A DNA stretch of 55,698 nucleotides from a candidate division FCPU426 bacterium (GTDB lineage Bacteria > Oederibacteriota > Muellerivitia > Muellerivitales > Muellerivitaceae), in the NCBI GenBank assembly GCA_003136635.1, contig PLFD01000054.1:1-55698 (forward strand), written 5' to 3'. Shown in pieces: positions 1 to 9,381 of this stretch (position 1 is its first letter; every line of letters starts with the position of its first letter). Position numbers and translations under genes: made by a program. The notes below the pieces were generated by a model. The model was given only the letters and a program-made list of their open reading frames with translations. It searched no databases and was not told the origin of the DNA.

Positions 1-23
1 ATGCGCTTTGCGGATAGGCATAC

Positions 24-209
24 TTGATTTGGATTGAACCGCAATTTAATCTAAAGGGGTGGCCCGAGGAGTTTATTATTTATGGGGGCGGCTGGGGGCA
101 CGGGGTGGGCCTGTGCCAGGTGGGAGCCCATGGGTTGGCTGATGCGGGTAAATCCTATGATGAAATATTGAAACACTACTTTCCCAAAGCGGAGATTGAA
201 AAACTTTGA
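24..209 (+). CDS. SpoIID/LytB-domain protein, C-terminal fragment (gene body lies upstream of window; in-frame TAG at 15-17)
   Basis: Translation ...YGGGWGHGVGLCQVGAHGLADAGKSYDEILKHYFPKAEI matches the conserved C-terminal motif of SpoIID/LytB amidase-enhancer proteins. The ORF track only opens at a TTG because an in-frame TAG sits at 15-17, so this may be a frameshifted remnant or a sequencing error. Confidence 0.45.
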   Translation: MIWIEPQFNLKGWPEEFIIYGGGWGHGVGLCQVGAHGLADAGKSYDEILKHYFPKAEIEKL

Positions 210-778
210 AAATAAAAATAAACAAAAAACCTCTTTTTTTTATCGGTGTTTATTTGTGTTTGTCGATGGTCGTTCTTTTTTCCGTTTCCTGCGCTGAAAT
301 GGCCAGAGACATGGGGATTGATGGCGCCACCGATGTGCAGCTTCGCTCCGGGTTAACAGGCACGCAAAACAATCCCGCGTCGCTGGATCCTTTTAAACGG
401 TATGACCTGGTCATGACGGCCAATGAATCCCGCTTTTTTACGATGAAGGTTCCCTCCGGCTGGTATTGGAAAGTTTATGTGACGGCCGCGAGCCGCAAAG
501 AAAACGCGGAAGGCCGTCTGGCGGCGGATATCAGCCAGCCAGACCCGCCCTGGTCGCCACTGGAAGGCACCAGCTTTGATAAAACGATGGTTCTTAAAAA
601 TGACGGCGACCAGGCTTTGCTGGCCGTGGGCAACACGGTTCAGACCCGTTACGCGGTTTTACGCCTCAGCCAGGAAGGCGCTCCCGTATACGTCACGATT
701 GAAAGCCAGGTTTCAACCACAACCAATCTTTTGGGACCGAACCCGAGTAATTCGGACCTCAAAGGGTTAAGCCAATAA
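206..778 (+). CDS. hypothetical lipoprotein
   Basis: N-terminal signal peptide ending in a lipobox-like FSVSC; no recognisable catalytic motif. Confidence 0.45.
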   Translation: MKIKINKKPLFFIGVYLCLSMVVLFSVSCAEMARDMGIDGATDVQLRSGLTGTQNNPASLDPFKRYDLVMTANESRFFTMKVPSGWYWKVYVTAASRKENAEGRLAADISQPDPPWSPLEGTSFDKTMVLKNDGDQALLAVGNTVQTRYAVLRLSQEGAPVYVTIESQVSTTTNLLGPNPSNSDLKGLSQ

Positions 779-779
779 C

Positions 780-1241
780 ATGGCCCTTTACTTCGCCTAC
801 GGCTCCAGTCTTTTGCGGTCCCAAATGGAACGGCGGTTGATGGGCAACAAGCCGGTGACCCGCGCTTACTTAAAAGGTTACCGCCTCGCTTTTATGGGCA
901 ACTCGATCGATCGCAAAGGATCTGTGGTAAATCTAATTCCCGATTCGAGCGGAATGGTTCCCGGTACTCTCTACGAACTCAATGACATCATGATCCAATA
1001 TCTGGATAGGGCCGAAGCCTGCGAAAAGGGCGTTTACCAAAAACTCGAAGTGGAAGTGGAAAAAGACGACGGTGAAAAGTTGAAAGCGGATTGCTACCAA
1101 TTAGCTGAAGCCCATCCTGCTTTCGGCAAACCCAATCTGGGTTATCAGATGCAGGTAAAGCAGGGTTATAAAGAATGGGGTCTGCCCGAAGAGGTTTTAG
1201 AAGAAGCGTTAAAGTGGAGCGAAGAAAATACGGTGAAATAA
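780..1241 (+). CDS. gamma-glutamyl cyclotransferase-like (AIG2/GGCT family) protein
   Basis: N-terminal LYFAYGSSL motif, the hallmark YGSNL box of AIG2-like/GGCT-fold proteins; size about 150 aa. Confidence 0.55.
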   Translation: MALYFAYGSSLLRSQMERRLMGNKPVTRAYLKGYRLAFMGNSIDRKGSVVNLIPDSSGMVPGTLYELNDIMIQYLDRAEACEKGVYQKLEVEVEKDDGEKLKADCYQLAEAHPAFGKPNLGYQMQVKQGYKEWGLPEEVLEEALKWSEENTVK

Positions 1242-1284
1242 GCTGGTTTTATTCGGTTTGAGTCCTGCTTGGGAAGGCATTCGT

Positions 1285-1785
1285 ATGAATAAAAAAATTG
1301 TCATAGTTTGGGGGTTGGTTTTTTTAGTCATGGTCGGTTATTTAATGTTTATCCAAAGCGATCTTCCAGATCGTTTGGCGGTTCATTTCGACATCAATGG
1401 AAACCCCAATGGCTTTCAAGACAAAGATGTTTTTATAACCACGTTTCTTTGTTTTATTTTTTTTATGAACGGCGTGTTTGCCGCTTTTTTTTTGGGAATC
1501 AGTTTGATGCCGACCGCGATGATTAACATTCCCTGGAAAAAATACTGGTTCGCCACCGATGAACGGAAGATGGTGGCGTTTGACAAACTCCGCTCGGTCA
1601 TGGGCTTAACCGGGATTTTTATTTGCACAGCCTTCCTATTTACGGAACAGGTCATTTATCAGGGCAATACCAAAGACGCTCTATTCGAAATTCCTATCAA
1701 CGCGGGAGTGTTTGGTATTCTGGTTTTGTCGGTATTTTTAATAGCGTTGGTCTTCATTGTCACTAAGCCGCCAACGGAAGATTAA
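1285..1785 (+). CDS. DUF1648-type integral membrane protein
   Basis: TM helix followed by HFDINGNPNGF, which resembles the DUF1648 'HFN..G.PD' motif, then 3 more TM helices. Start moved to the ATG at 1285, preceded by GGGAAGG. Confidence 0.45.
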   Translation: MNKKIVIVWGLVFLVMVGYLMFIQSDLPDRLAVHFDINGNPNGFQDKDVFITTFLCFIFFMNGVFAAFFLGISLMPTAMINIPWKKYWFATDERKMVAFDKLRSVMGLTGIFICTAFLFTEQVIYQGNTKDALFEIPINAGVFGILVLSVFLIALVFIVTKPPTED

Positions 1786-1811
1786 ACCCGTAAAATAACT
1801 CCGCGTTTTTA

Positions 1812-2795
1812 CTAGAAAAGCCTTACGGTCATGTTGACCCGGGGGCCTGAAAAATCTAAATAAACATTGTTGCTGTTGCCGTTAATCAGAGTGGCGGAAG
1901 TTCCGTTGGTGGAAGTAGTGTTTTTGTATTGAACCGGTGTAAAAGTCAGGAACCGATAGCCTATTCCAATGTCCAGCGACCAGCCGCCTTTCTCCAGCCA
2001 TTCGGTTTCGATTTCCAATAAACCGCCGGGATTGTCGGCGCTCAGGTTGCCGGTTTGAACCAGAGTGCCGTTATTCCCGTTTAAGTTGGAACTGACTAAA
2101 TCATAAATGCCGCCTTCGCCGTGTAAAACGAGGTTCAGGTCCGCGCCTAAAGAAATTAAATACCGGGCGGATAAGGCCGCACCCAGGCTGGTCTCTGTAT
2201 AGGTCTGTGTGACGCCCGAATTGCCGAAAGTGATAATTTCGTCATCCTTAATGGTTCCTTGAAGCTGAAATCCCAATTGGAAATTATGAGAAAGGGTGTA
2301 ATCCACGCCCAAATCAAATTCTATTCCTAAAGGAGAGCCGGTTGGGGCGCTAAAGGTGGCGGGGGCATAAGCGTTGGTTAAATCCTGCCAGCCAAAACTA
2401 TTCAGGGCGATACCTACATCCCATATCCATTTACCCGGGTCCGGCAAACTAACGGACTCGTGAACCGGGGTGACGCCTGTTTGTGCCAGTTGGGTCATGA
2501 AGCTTTGCAAACCCGGATTGTTGGGGTGCAGATTTAAACTTTTTTGAAAGTCATTCACCGCGTTTTCCCTTTGGCCCAGACCGTATTCGCAGTTACCCAG
2601 GGTTTGATAAGCGATCCAATCCTGTGGATCGGCTTGAACCGCCGCTTTGTAATACAAAAGGGCCTTATTCAAATCTTTTGATTGGTAAAGCTCATTGCCC
2701 ACAGAGCGGTATCGATCGGATAAGGGGGAGGCGAAAAGAAACGAAGAACCTGAGAGGAAAAACAAGGTTAATAAAAAAACGATTTTATTTTGCAT
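1812..2795 (-). CDS. secreted TPR-repeat protein fused to a C-terminal outer-membrane beta-barrel-like domain
   Basis: Signal peptide; two TPR-like repeats (YYKAAVQADPQDWIAYQTLGNCEY...); Gly/Thr/Asn-rich alternating C-terminal half ending ...VRLF, typical of OM beta-barrels. Confidence 0.45.
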   Translation of the reverse strand: MQNKIVFLLTLFFLSGSSFLFASPLSDRYRSVGNELYQSKDLNKALLYYKAAVQADPQDWIAYQTLGNCEYGLGQRENAVNDFQKSLNLHPNNPGLQSFMTQLAQTGVTPVHESVSLPDPGKWIWDVGIALNSFGWQDLTNAYAPATFSAPTGSPLGIEFDLGVDYTLSHNFQLGFQLQGTIKDDEIITFGNSGVTQTYTETSLGAALSARYLISLGADLNLVLHGEGGIYDLVSSNLNGNNGTLVQTGNLSADNPGGLLEIETEWLEKGGWSLDIGIGYRFLTFTPVQYKNTTSTNGTSATLINGNSNNVYLDFSGPRVNMTVRLF

Positions 2796-2939
2796 GAAAC
2801 TTCTTTTAGACTTTTATTTAGAAAATAAGCCCAGCCAGAATTTCCAAGACAACATTTTACACCGCAGTGAAACGATCAGCGATGGATTAAGTGAACAATA
2901 AAGTTAAGAATTTTCTAAAGGTTATGGTTTGTTGGTTGA

Positions 2940-3548
2940 TTAAATGACAAAGAAGGTTAAACCCACCTGAATGGGAATGAAGATTGAAGGTGTTCCGTCG
3001 GCCATTCCTAAAGCGTTGTTGGCCCGATAGTCCATGTCCATCCGGCCCTCCACAAACAGGGCGGCTCTGGGTGAAATGACTTGAAGGAAACCGATGGCGG
3101 GCGACATAAAAAAGGAAGTTTCGTAGCTAAAGGTAGCGCTCGATAGGGTGTAGGTGTTGAAAGCCGCGCCAATGCCAAAGGACACATAAGGACGGAAAGA
3201 CCCGTCGCCGAAATTGTAGGAGAAGACGGTTTCTAACGGGACATAAGAAAAGAAACTTCCGTTGTTCGCCGCCGAAGAGTTTTTTGTATCGTATTGGTAG
3301 TAACCGCTGGCGATGGAAATACTGAAATGAGGAGCCACCCGGTATCCAAAAGCCAGGCCGCCGCCGAAACCCAGGTTTAAAGCGGAAGATGTATCCGAGC
3401 TGGCGGGAATCCCGAAAGTTCCCTCGACCCGTTCAATCCACCTTTGATTGGGACCTAATTGGTCCGGTTGATCAGCAACAATCTCATCGGCCCATAAAGG
3501 GGATATGGATAAACTGGTAAAAAAAGCGAGAACAAGAATCTTTTTCAT
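2940..3548 (-). CDS. small outer-membrane beta-barrel protein (OmpA-like/opacity-porin family)
   Basis: Signal peptide MKKILVLAFFTSLSISPLWA; about 180-aa alternating amphipathic beta-strand pattern rich in G/Y/F/S. Confidence 0.45.
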   Translation of the reverse strand: MKKILVLAFFTSLSISPLWADEIVADQPDQLGPNQRWIERVEGTFGIPASSDTSSALNLGFGGGLAFGYRVAPHFSISIASGYYQYDTKNSSAANNGSFFSYVPLETVFSYNFGDGSFRPYVSFGIGAAFNTYTLSSATFSYETSFFMSPAIGFLQVISPRAALFVEGRMDMDYRANNALGMADGTPSIFIPIQVGLTFFVI

Positions 3549-3701
3549 GAGACGCTCCTGTATTCGATTCTTACCGACACTCTCATCATAAGCTTTTAGA
3601 CGCAGGATAGTAAGATACAGGAACTCTAATTAGAATAAAAATATCCCCTTTTAAGGATGTAGAATGAAAAAGTTGACTATCAACCTGAGATGGAAGACTA
3701 A

Positions 3702-4862
3702 ATGATTTATCTCGATAATGCCGCGACCACCCCTCTGGACGAAAAAGTATTTGAGGCGATGCTTCCTTACTTCAAACTCGAATACGGAAACCCCTCCAGT
3801 GTGCATGAGGCGGGCCGCCGAAGTCGGGCCGCGATTGATCAGGCACGGCAAACCATCGCGTCAACCCTTCACGCCAATCCTAAAGAAATTGTCTTTACCA
3901 GCGGCGGCACCGAAAGTGTCAACGCGGTCCACAAAGGTGTGGTGCTGGCCTCGACCCAAAAAATCAAACACATCATCACCTCCACTATTGAGCATCACTG
4001 CGTGGTGGATTGTCTGGAGTGGCTCAGACGTCAAGGCGTTCTCGTTACCCATATACGTCCCAATTCGGAAGGCTGGATTGATCCCAAAGATATTCAAAAG
4101 GCGATCCGGCCCGACGAGACGATTCTTGTCTCGGTCATGGCGGCAAATAACGAAGTGGGAACGATTGAACCCTTTGGCGAGATAGGGCGGATTGTCCGGG
4201 AACAGGGAATTCTTTTTCATACGGACGCGGTGCAGGCCTACGGCAAAATTCCCATTGATGTTCAAAAAGACCAAGTGGATTTTTTATCTGTGTCGGCCCA
4301 CAAAATTTACGGCCCCAAAGGGACCGGGTTTTTCTATCAGCGCCAGGGTGTTCCTTTGGTCCCGCTCGTTCATGGCGGCGGTCAAGAAAGGGATTTAAGG
4401 GGAGGCACTGAAAACGTGGCGGGCGTCGTGGGCATGGCCGAAGCGGCCAAGCGGATTTTTGAGCATTCCGCCGAAAGAGACCGTCTACGGAATTTGACGG
4501 ATGCTTTTTGGAAACAGCTCAAGTCGGTTTATCCGGATGTAAAGTTAAACGGACCGGAGGATTCCCAGAAACGAGTGCCTGGTCTGATCAACATTACTTT
4601 TCCAGGTATCGAGGGCGACCGGTTGGTTCAAAGTCTGGACGGTTTGGGTTTTGCCGTTTCTTCCGGCGCGGCCTGCGCGGCGGGCACGGCGCCGCCTTCT
4701 CATGTGTTAATGGCCATGGGCCGCAGTCCGGTCGAGGGCAAGCAGGGCTTGCGCATCAGCCTGGGCCATTTCACGACCGAGCCGGAACTTCAACAGTTCT
4801 TAAAAGCTTTAATCGGCGTGGTCACCAGACTCAAAAATCCTGCTTCCTTTTCTGACGATTAA
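3702..4862 (+). CDS. cysteine desulfurase (class V aminotransferase, NifS/IscS family)
   Basis: MIYLDNAATTPLD... N-terminus; PLP-lysine motif SVSAHKIYGPKG; catalytic Cys loop SSGAACAAG; 386 aa. Confidence 0.85.
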   Translation: MIYLDNAATTPLDEKVFEAMLPYFKLEYGNPSSVHEAGRRSRAAIDQARQTIASTLHANPKEIVFTSGGTESVNAVHKGVVLASTQKIKHIITSTIEHHCVVDCLEWLRRQGVLVTHIRPNSEGWIDPKDIQKAIRPDETILVSVMAANNEVGTIEPFGEIGRIVREQGILFHTDAVQAYGKIPIDVQKDQVDFLSVSAHKIYGPKGTGFFYQRQGVPLVPLVHGGGQERDLRGGTENVAGVVGMAEAAKRIFEHSAERDRLRNLTDAFWKQLKSVYPDVKLNGPEDSQKRVPGLINITFPGIEGDRLVQSLDGLGFAVSSGAACAAGTAPPSHVLMAMGRSPVEGKQGLRISLGHFTTEPELQQFLKALIGVVTRLKNPASFSDD

Positions 4863-4893
4863 TATCTAGTCCACGCTCAAACCGGAAGGGTTC

Positions 4894-6354
4894 ATGAAAA
4901 CCAAAAATTCGGTTTTGATCGAGAATGTTTTGCTGAGTTTTTTAACCGGATTTTTGCTTTTTTGGACTCTGAAACTTTATCTCTATTTGCCCTACACGGA
5001 TAACGAAGGCGCCTTTGTTTTAATCGGCAGGGAAATGGGCCGGGGCGCCAGGCTTTACACCGACCTCTGGGACCATAAGCCGCCTTTACTGTTTGTTCAA
5101 TCCTGGTTGTTGCAATTGGGTTTTCCCCTTACCGAAGTTCATCTGCATCTTTACGTTTTTTTCATTCATGTCCTCAACGCTCTTCTTATTTATCGTGTGG
5201 CCAAGCGACTTCAGTTTTCCCGCAGGGGTGCCTGGGTTTCAGTTTTGGTTTACGCGTTTTTTTTATTTCCGCCTTTATTTCAAATCTGGGCAGTTGAGGC
5301 TGATTTGCTGATTCAACCTTTTTTACTTTTGTCCTTCTGGGCGGCTTTTTCCAAAAATAACTGGCTCCACATTTTGTCGGGCGCTCTTTGGGCCGCGGCT
5401 TTTTTCACCAAACAAAGCGCCTTGTTTCTTCTGCCGGTCTATTTAATGGCGGGGTCTTTCTCCAATATCCCCAAAATTCTCAAATGGCTGGCGGGAACGG
5501 GGCTGGTCACGGCGGTGGTGGTTTTACCGTTCGCGCTGGATGGCCGATGGGTCGATTTTTATGACGCCTTGATCGGGTTTAATCAACATTACATCGAAAA
5601 GGGATGGCTTTTTTTCTTCGCCACTCCGGCATTCCGCGATTTTTTGATTCAGTGGGGTAAGACCGTTGTAGGAATCTATGGTCTGGCTTTTTTGATTTTA
5701 ATCGGGGGAGCCATCGGGAAATTTTCGAATCCGCTCCATCCCCGCGCTCTATTTTTTTTGACCGTTTGGTTATTAGGGGTATTGGTTTCCTGTTGTGTCA
5801 GTGGATATTTTTTCACTTATTACTTCATTGCTCTTTTGCCGCCCCTGGCTTTGGGTGTGGGTCTGGGCTGGATGAGAATCACCGAAACCCGCCCTTATTG
5901 GTTGACCGCTTTTTTTGTTTTCCTGCTGGTAGTGCTGGCGGTAATCGGGGTGAATGGGGGGGGTCTTCGGGACAAGGTCTTCGCTTACGCCCAATATCCC
6001 TGGCCCCGGTACTTCGCGGATAAAGCCATGGGCATGGCCATTGCCAGTGAGGCCAAGCCCGATGACCGTCTTTTAGTCTGGGGAGATGATCCCCAGATCT
6101 ACGTTTACGCTGGTCTCAGTCCCTCGATCAAAACGACCTTTATCAATCATCTGGATGGCAGACCCGCCGACGCCTTGAAAACCCTTTCGGACTTTGACCA
6201 TCAGCCGCCCCGCTATTGCGTGATGAGCCGGATGGACCAGGTTCTTCAGCCGCCTGACTGGTTTAAGACCCGGCTGAAAAACCGTTATACCCCGGTAAAA
6301 ACGATAGGGGATTTGGACCTTTACCGCCGCTCGGACAAACCCATCTTGAAATAA
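4894..6354 (+). CDS. GT-C fold glycosyltransferase (ArnT/PMT_2-like, GT39/GT83-type)
   Basis: About 12 TM helices. First periplasmic loop has YTDNEGAFVLIGREM...LWDHKPPLLFVQSW, matching the DE...REM...KPPL..W signature of ArnT/PMT family transferases. Confidence 0.6.
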   Translation: MKTKNSVLIENVLLSFLTGFLLFWTLKLYLYLPYTDNEGAFVLIGREMGRGARLYTDLWDHKPPLLFVQSWLLQLGFPLTEVHLHLYVFFIHVLNALLIYRVAKRLQFSRRGAWVSVLVYAFFLFPPLFQIWAVEADLLIQPFLLLSFWAAFSKNNWLHILSGALWAAAFFTKQSALFLLPVYLMAGSFSNIPKILKWLAGTGLVTAVVVLPFALDGRWVDFYDALIGFNQHYIEKGWLFFFATPAFRDFLIQWGKTVVGIYGLAFLILIGGAIGKFSNPLHPRALFFLTVWLLGVLVSCCVSGYFFTYYFIALLPPLALGVGLGWMRITETRPYWLTAFFVFLLVVLAVIGVNGGGLRDKVFAYAQYPWPRYFADKAMGMAIASEAKPDDRLLVWGDDPQIYVYAGLSPSIKTTFINHLDGRPADALKTLSDFDHQPPRYCVMSRMDQVLQPPDWFKTRLKNRYTPVKTIGDLDLYRRSDKPILK

Positions 6355-6425
6355 AGCGGGCGTAAGGATTTAATCAGAGGCGGTATTAGACAGACATCTT
6401 ATTTTTGACGAAGGGAAATTTCATC

Positions 6426-7769
6426 ATGCCAGACAAAACACCCAAGGGAAAAACAGCTAACGCCGAAACCTTATCGCTGGATCTTTCCTACATCTCCGAA
6501 GTGGTCACTGAACAAGACATTACCGCGCTTTACCCGCAAGTGAAAAGCGCCCTGGAAAGTCTTCTTAATAAAACCGGCAAGGGCTCGGACTTTTTAGGTT
6601 GGATCAATTTGCCTTTCACTGTGGAAAAACAATTGCCAGCGATTAAGAAAGCCGCGGCGAAGTTTGAAAAATGCGACGCGGTGGTTTCTATCGGCATCGG
6701 CGGTTCCTATCTGGGCATCCGGTCCACCATCGAGGCTTTGGGCGGCTCGGAAAAAATTCATTACGCGGGCAACCAGCTCTCGCCCACGGGTTTCAACCAC
6801 CTCATAGAACAACTGGAAGATAAAAAAGTCGGGTTGGTAGTCATTTCCAAATCCGGCACCACGACCGAGCCGGCGGTGGCTTTTCGTATTTTGAAATCGT
6901 GGCTGGAAAAAAATGTCGGTAAGAAAAAGGCGACCAAACGCATCGTGGCTATTACAGATGAGTCCAAGGGCGCGCTCAAGGAAATGTCTGACCAGGAAGG
7001 TTATGAAACTTTTGTGATTCCGGACGATGTGGGAGGCCGTTACTCGGTTTTGACGCCGGTAGGCCTGCTGCCCATCGCCATCGCGGGTTTTAACATCGCC
7101 CAGCTTTTAAAAGGCGCCCAGGCGGCGGCGAAGGATTTTCAATCCACGGATATTTCCAAAAATATGGCGGCCCGCTACGCGGCGGCCCGGTATCTTCTCT
7201 TTAAGAAAGGCAAGACGACCGAGGTGCTGGCGAATTTTCGTCCCGAATTGCATTATGTCAGCGAGTGGTGGAAGCAGTTATATGGAGAGTCGGAAGGAAA
7301 AGAGGGAACGGGCTTGTTTCCGGCCAGTGTGGATTTGACCACCGACCTTCATAGCATGGGTCAATATCTTCAGGAAGGTCAGCGCAATCTGATGGAGACC
7401 ATTCTCTGGATCAAGAGCGAGAAGAAAGACATCATCATCCCCAAGGATAAAGACGACCGGGAAGGGCTTAATTTTCTGGCGGGCAAAAAACTGTCCTGGG
7501 TCAATGAACAGGCGATGAAAGCCACCAGCGTGGCCCATCGGGACGGCAATTTACCCAATATCCGCCTGTCTTTAGACGGTCTGAACGAGTATTCACTGGG
7601 TTATCTCTATTATTTCTTCGAGATGGCCTGCGGTATTTCGGGCACCCTGTTGGGCATCAACCCTTTCAATCAACCGGGGGTGGAAGCCTATAAAAAGAAC
7701 ATGTTTGCCCTTCTGGGCAAAAAAGGCTTTGAGGATTTAGGGGCCCAATTGCGTCAAAAAGGCGTCTAA
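6426..7769 (+). CDS. pgi: glucose-6-phosphate isomerase (short archaeal/bacterial type)
   Basis: Motifs GIGGSYLGIRSTIEAL, VISKSGTTTEP and GGRYSVLTPVGLLP. Start moved from the TTG at 6405 to the ATG at 6426, which is preceded by AAGGGA. Confidence 0.85.
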   Translation: MPDKTPKGKTANAETLSLDLSYISEVVTEQDITALYPQVKSALESLLNKTGKGSDFLGWINLPFTVEKQLPAIKKAAAKFEKCDAVVSIGIGGSYLGIRSTIEALGGSEKIHYAGNQLSPTGFNHLIEQLEDKKVGLVVISKSGTTTEPAVAFRILKSWLEKNVGKKKATKRIVAITDESKGALKEMSDQEGYETFVIPDDVGGRYSVLTPVGLLPIAIAGFNIAQLLKGAQAAAKDFQSTDISKNMAARYAAARYLLFKKGKTTEVLANFRPELHYVSEWWKQLYGESEGKEGTGLFPASVDLTTDLHSMGQYLQEGQRNLMETILWIKSEKKDIIIPKDKDDREGLNFLAGKKLSWVNEQAMKATSVAHRDGNLPNIRLSLDGLNEYSLGYLYYFFEMACGISGTLLGINPFNQPGVEAYKKNMFALLGKKGFEDLGAQLRQKGV

Positions 7770-7781
7770 ATCTCAAGTGGG

Positions 7782-7815
7782 GTTGATCTCTTCTTTGAGG
7801 GGATCAACCTTTTTT
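7782..7815 (+). terminator. rho-independent terminator downstream of pgi
   Basis: GGTTGATC...GATCAACC stem (8 bp) followed by TTTTTT. Confidence 0.5.
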
Positions 7816-7855
7816 GAGTCTTGAATCTCATTCTATTTCTCAGAGGTTTTTCCCT

Positions 7856-8854
7856 ATGCAATTAAAACTCGCTGTCACGCTTTTTGTCTTTTCCGTTCTT
7901 TCCACTTTAAGTATTCCCGTTTACGCCATTGATGAATCAGCCGCCGACTTGGTGGCCCGCGGGCAGCTGCATCTGGCCGATATTACCGACGCGATCAACA
8001 AAAAATATTCCGGCCAGAAAGAAAATTATTGGGACATCGCTTCAATCGCCTATCACGATTTTACCGGAGTGCCTCAAGTGGATGTGGTGGTGGGACTGGA
8101 AGGCTACCGCGACAAGGGCGGTATTTATAACGACGGTAAACAAGTGGTGGAAGACGCCGGCGCGGGCTTTGGTTATTTTCATAAAGAAAAAGATAACTGG
8201 AAATTAAAACAGGTGGAACTGGTCCGCGGAAAAAAGTACGACGGCTTTGAAGGCGCGGACTTGATCGGTTTGGGAAAAGATCAGCTGGTAGTTTATTCCT
8301 CCGAGGACCGCGACAAGATCGCGACGGTTTTCATGATGAACATGAGCCATGTTTTGAAAAAAGTGGAAGAAATCGTGGGAAAAGATTACGGCCCACGGGT
8401 CGCGCAGGACAATGGTAAATCCTTGATGGTCAATTTCAGCCGCGCGCTGGTCAAGGACTGCGAAGCCTGTCAAATTTATGAGGGCCTGGCTTATCACTGG
8501 GAAAACCATAAGTTTGTTCCCGAGAATAATGATTTCCTGGACGCGGTCGAAAAATATTCGGACCCGGGTTTAGACAACACGGTCAAACAGGCGGGCTTGA
8601 CCTGGTTTGAAAATTATTTGAGCGCCCACCCCAAAGATTTTTGCGCTTTAGCCGATTGCTATGAGTTGAGCTTGAGTCTTGATTTGACTGAGGAAGCCGC
8701 GGATTTCAAAAAAAAACTTATCCAGCTGGGCATGAAGTCCGATCTCAATTTGAAATATTGCGACCAATGGTTATCGGATAAAAATCGCGCTTTTCAACAA
8801 CAGTATTTGAGTGAGTTGGAAGGCAAAGCAAAAAATCTGGACAACAACAATTAA
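7856..8854 (+). CDS. secreted hypothetical protein
   Basis: Start placed at the ATG at 7856, after the pgi terminator; signal peptide MQLKLAVTLFVFSVLSTLSIPVYA; no known motif. Confidence 0.4.
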   Translation: MQLKLAVTLFVFSVLSTLSIPVYAIDESAADLVARGQLHLADITDAINKKYSGQKENYWDIASIAYHDFTGVPQVDVVVGLEGYRDKGGIYNDGKQVVEDAGAGFGYFHKEKDNWKLKQVELVRGKKYDGFEGADLIGLGKDQLVVYSSEDRDKIATVFMMNMSHVLKKVEEIVGKDYGPRVAQDNGKSLMVNFSRALVKDCEACQIYEGLAYHWENHKFVPENNDFLDAVEKYSDPGLDNTVKQAGLTWFENYLSAHPKDFCALADCYELSLSLDLTEEAADFKKKLIQLGMKSDLNLKYCDQWLSDKNRAFQQQYLSELEGKAKNLDNNN

Positions 8855-8947
8855 TCTGTTTTTGTACAGAGTTTTTTCGCTGACATTTCGTTCAAAAACC
8901 CTTTTAAAAAGCCCAAAACTTGATTAGAAAATTAATAATAATTTTCT

Positions 8948-8998
8948 TTCATAGCACTAAAGCTAGTGGTATAAATGCACAACTGTCTAAATATGGTG
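8948..8998 (+). promoter_or_regulatory. putative nrdJ promoter (TTCATA-N16-TATAAA) overlapped by two NrdR-box-like palindromes
   Basis: gCACTAaagcTAGTGg (8954-8969) fills the spacer between the -35 TTCATA (8948-8953) and the -10 TATAAA (8970-8975). A second half-palindromic CTAAATATGGTGTG sits at 8983-8998. Both resemble the acaCwAtATaTwGtgt NrdR box. They lie about 400 nt upstream of the nrdJ start. Confidence 0.3.
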
Positions 8999-9381
8999 TG
9001 AATTTACAGGTTTTTCCATCGTTTTTCAGGGGATGGAAAGGCCGGTTTTGACCAAAAAAACCACCTGGTTGAGACAACATTTTTAACGTGAATGGGGAAG
9101 CTCTTGGATGAGCTCAAGTTTCCGAGTCTCTCAAAGAGAAACAATGAAACGTTAAAGATGATTTTTGGGAGGGGTAAATCGGGGGATCCGACGACCGCAT
9201 TTTTTAACTACTGATAGCTTGTTACCCACAGACGCTGTACTCGGACCGGCTTCCGCCGGAAATTAACTCCGAGAATTTGACCAACATCACCACAACCTAG
9301 AATTCCCACCCGAGTTAACAAACCGTTAATCTTGGCCGGAAGTTCATGGCTCATTTTATAGAAATATGTTCAGGAGGATCT

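Noticed and set aside
3718-4855. Alternate-frame ORFs within the cysteine desulfurase gene (3718-4185, 3861-4274, 4508-4855).
   Set aside because: They overlap a well-supported CDS, and their translations are Arg/Pro-rich with no motif.
8860-9381. Cobalamin riboswitch in the long nrdJ leader.
   Set aside because: No B12-box-like core (GCCACUG-type) and no recognisable aptamer helices. B12 riboswitches normally control B12-independent RNRs, not nrdJ.
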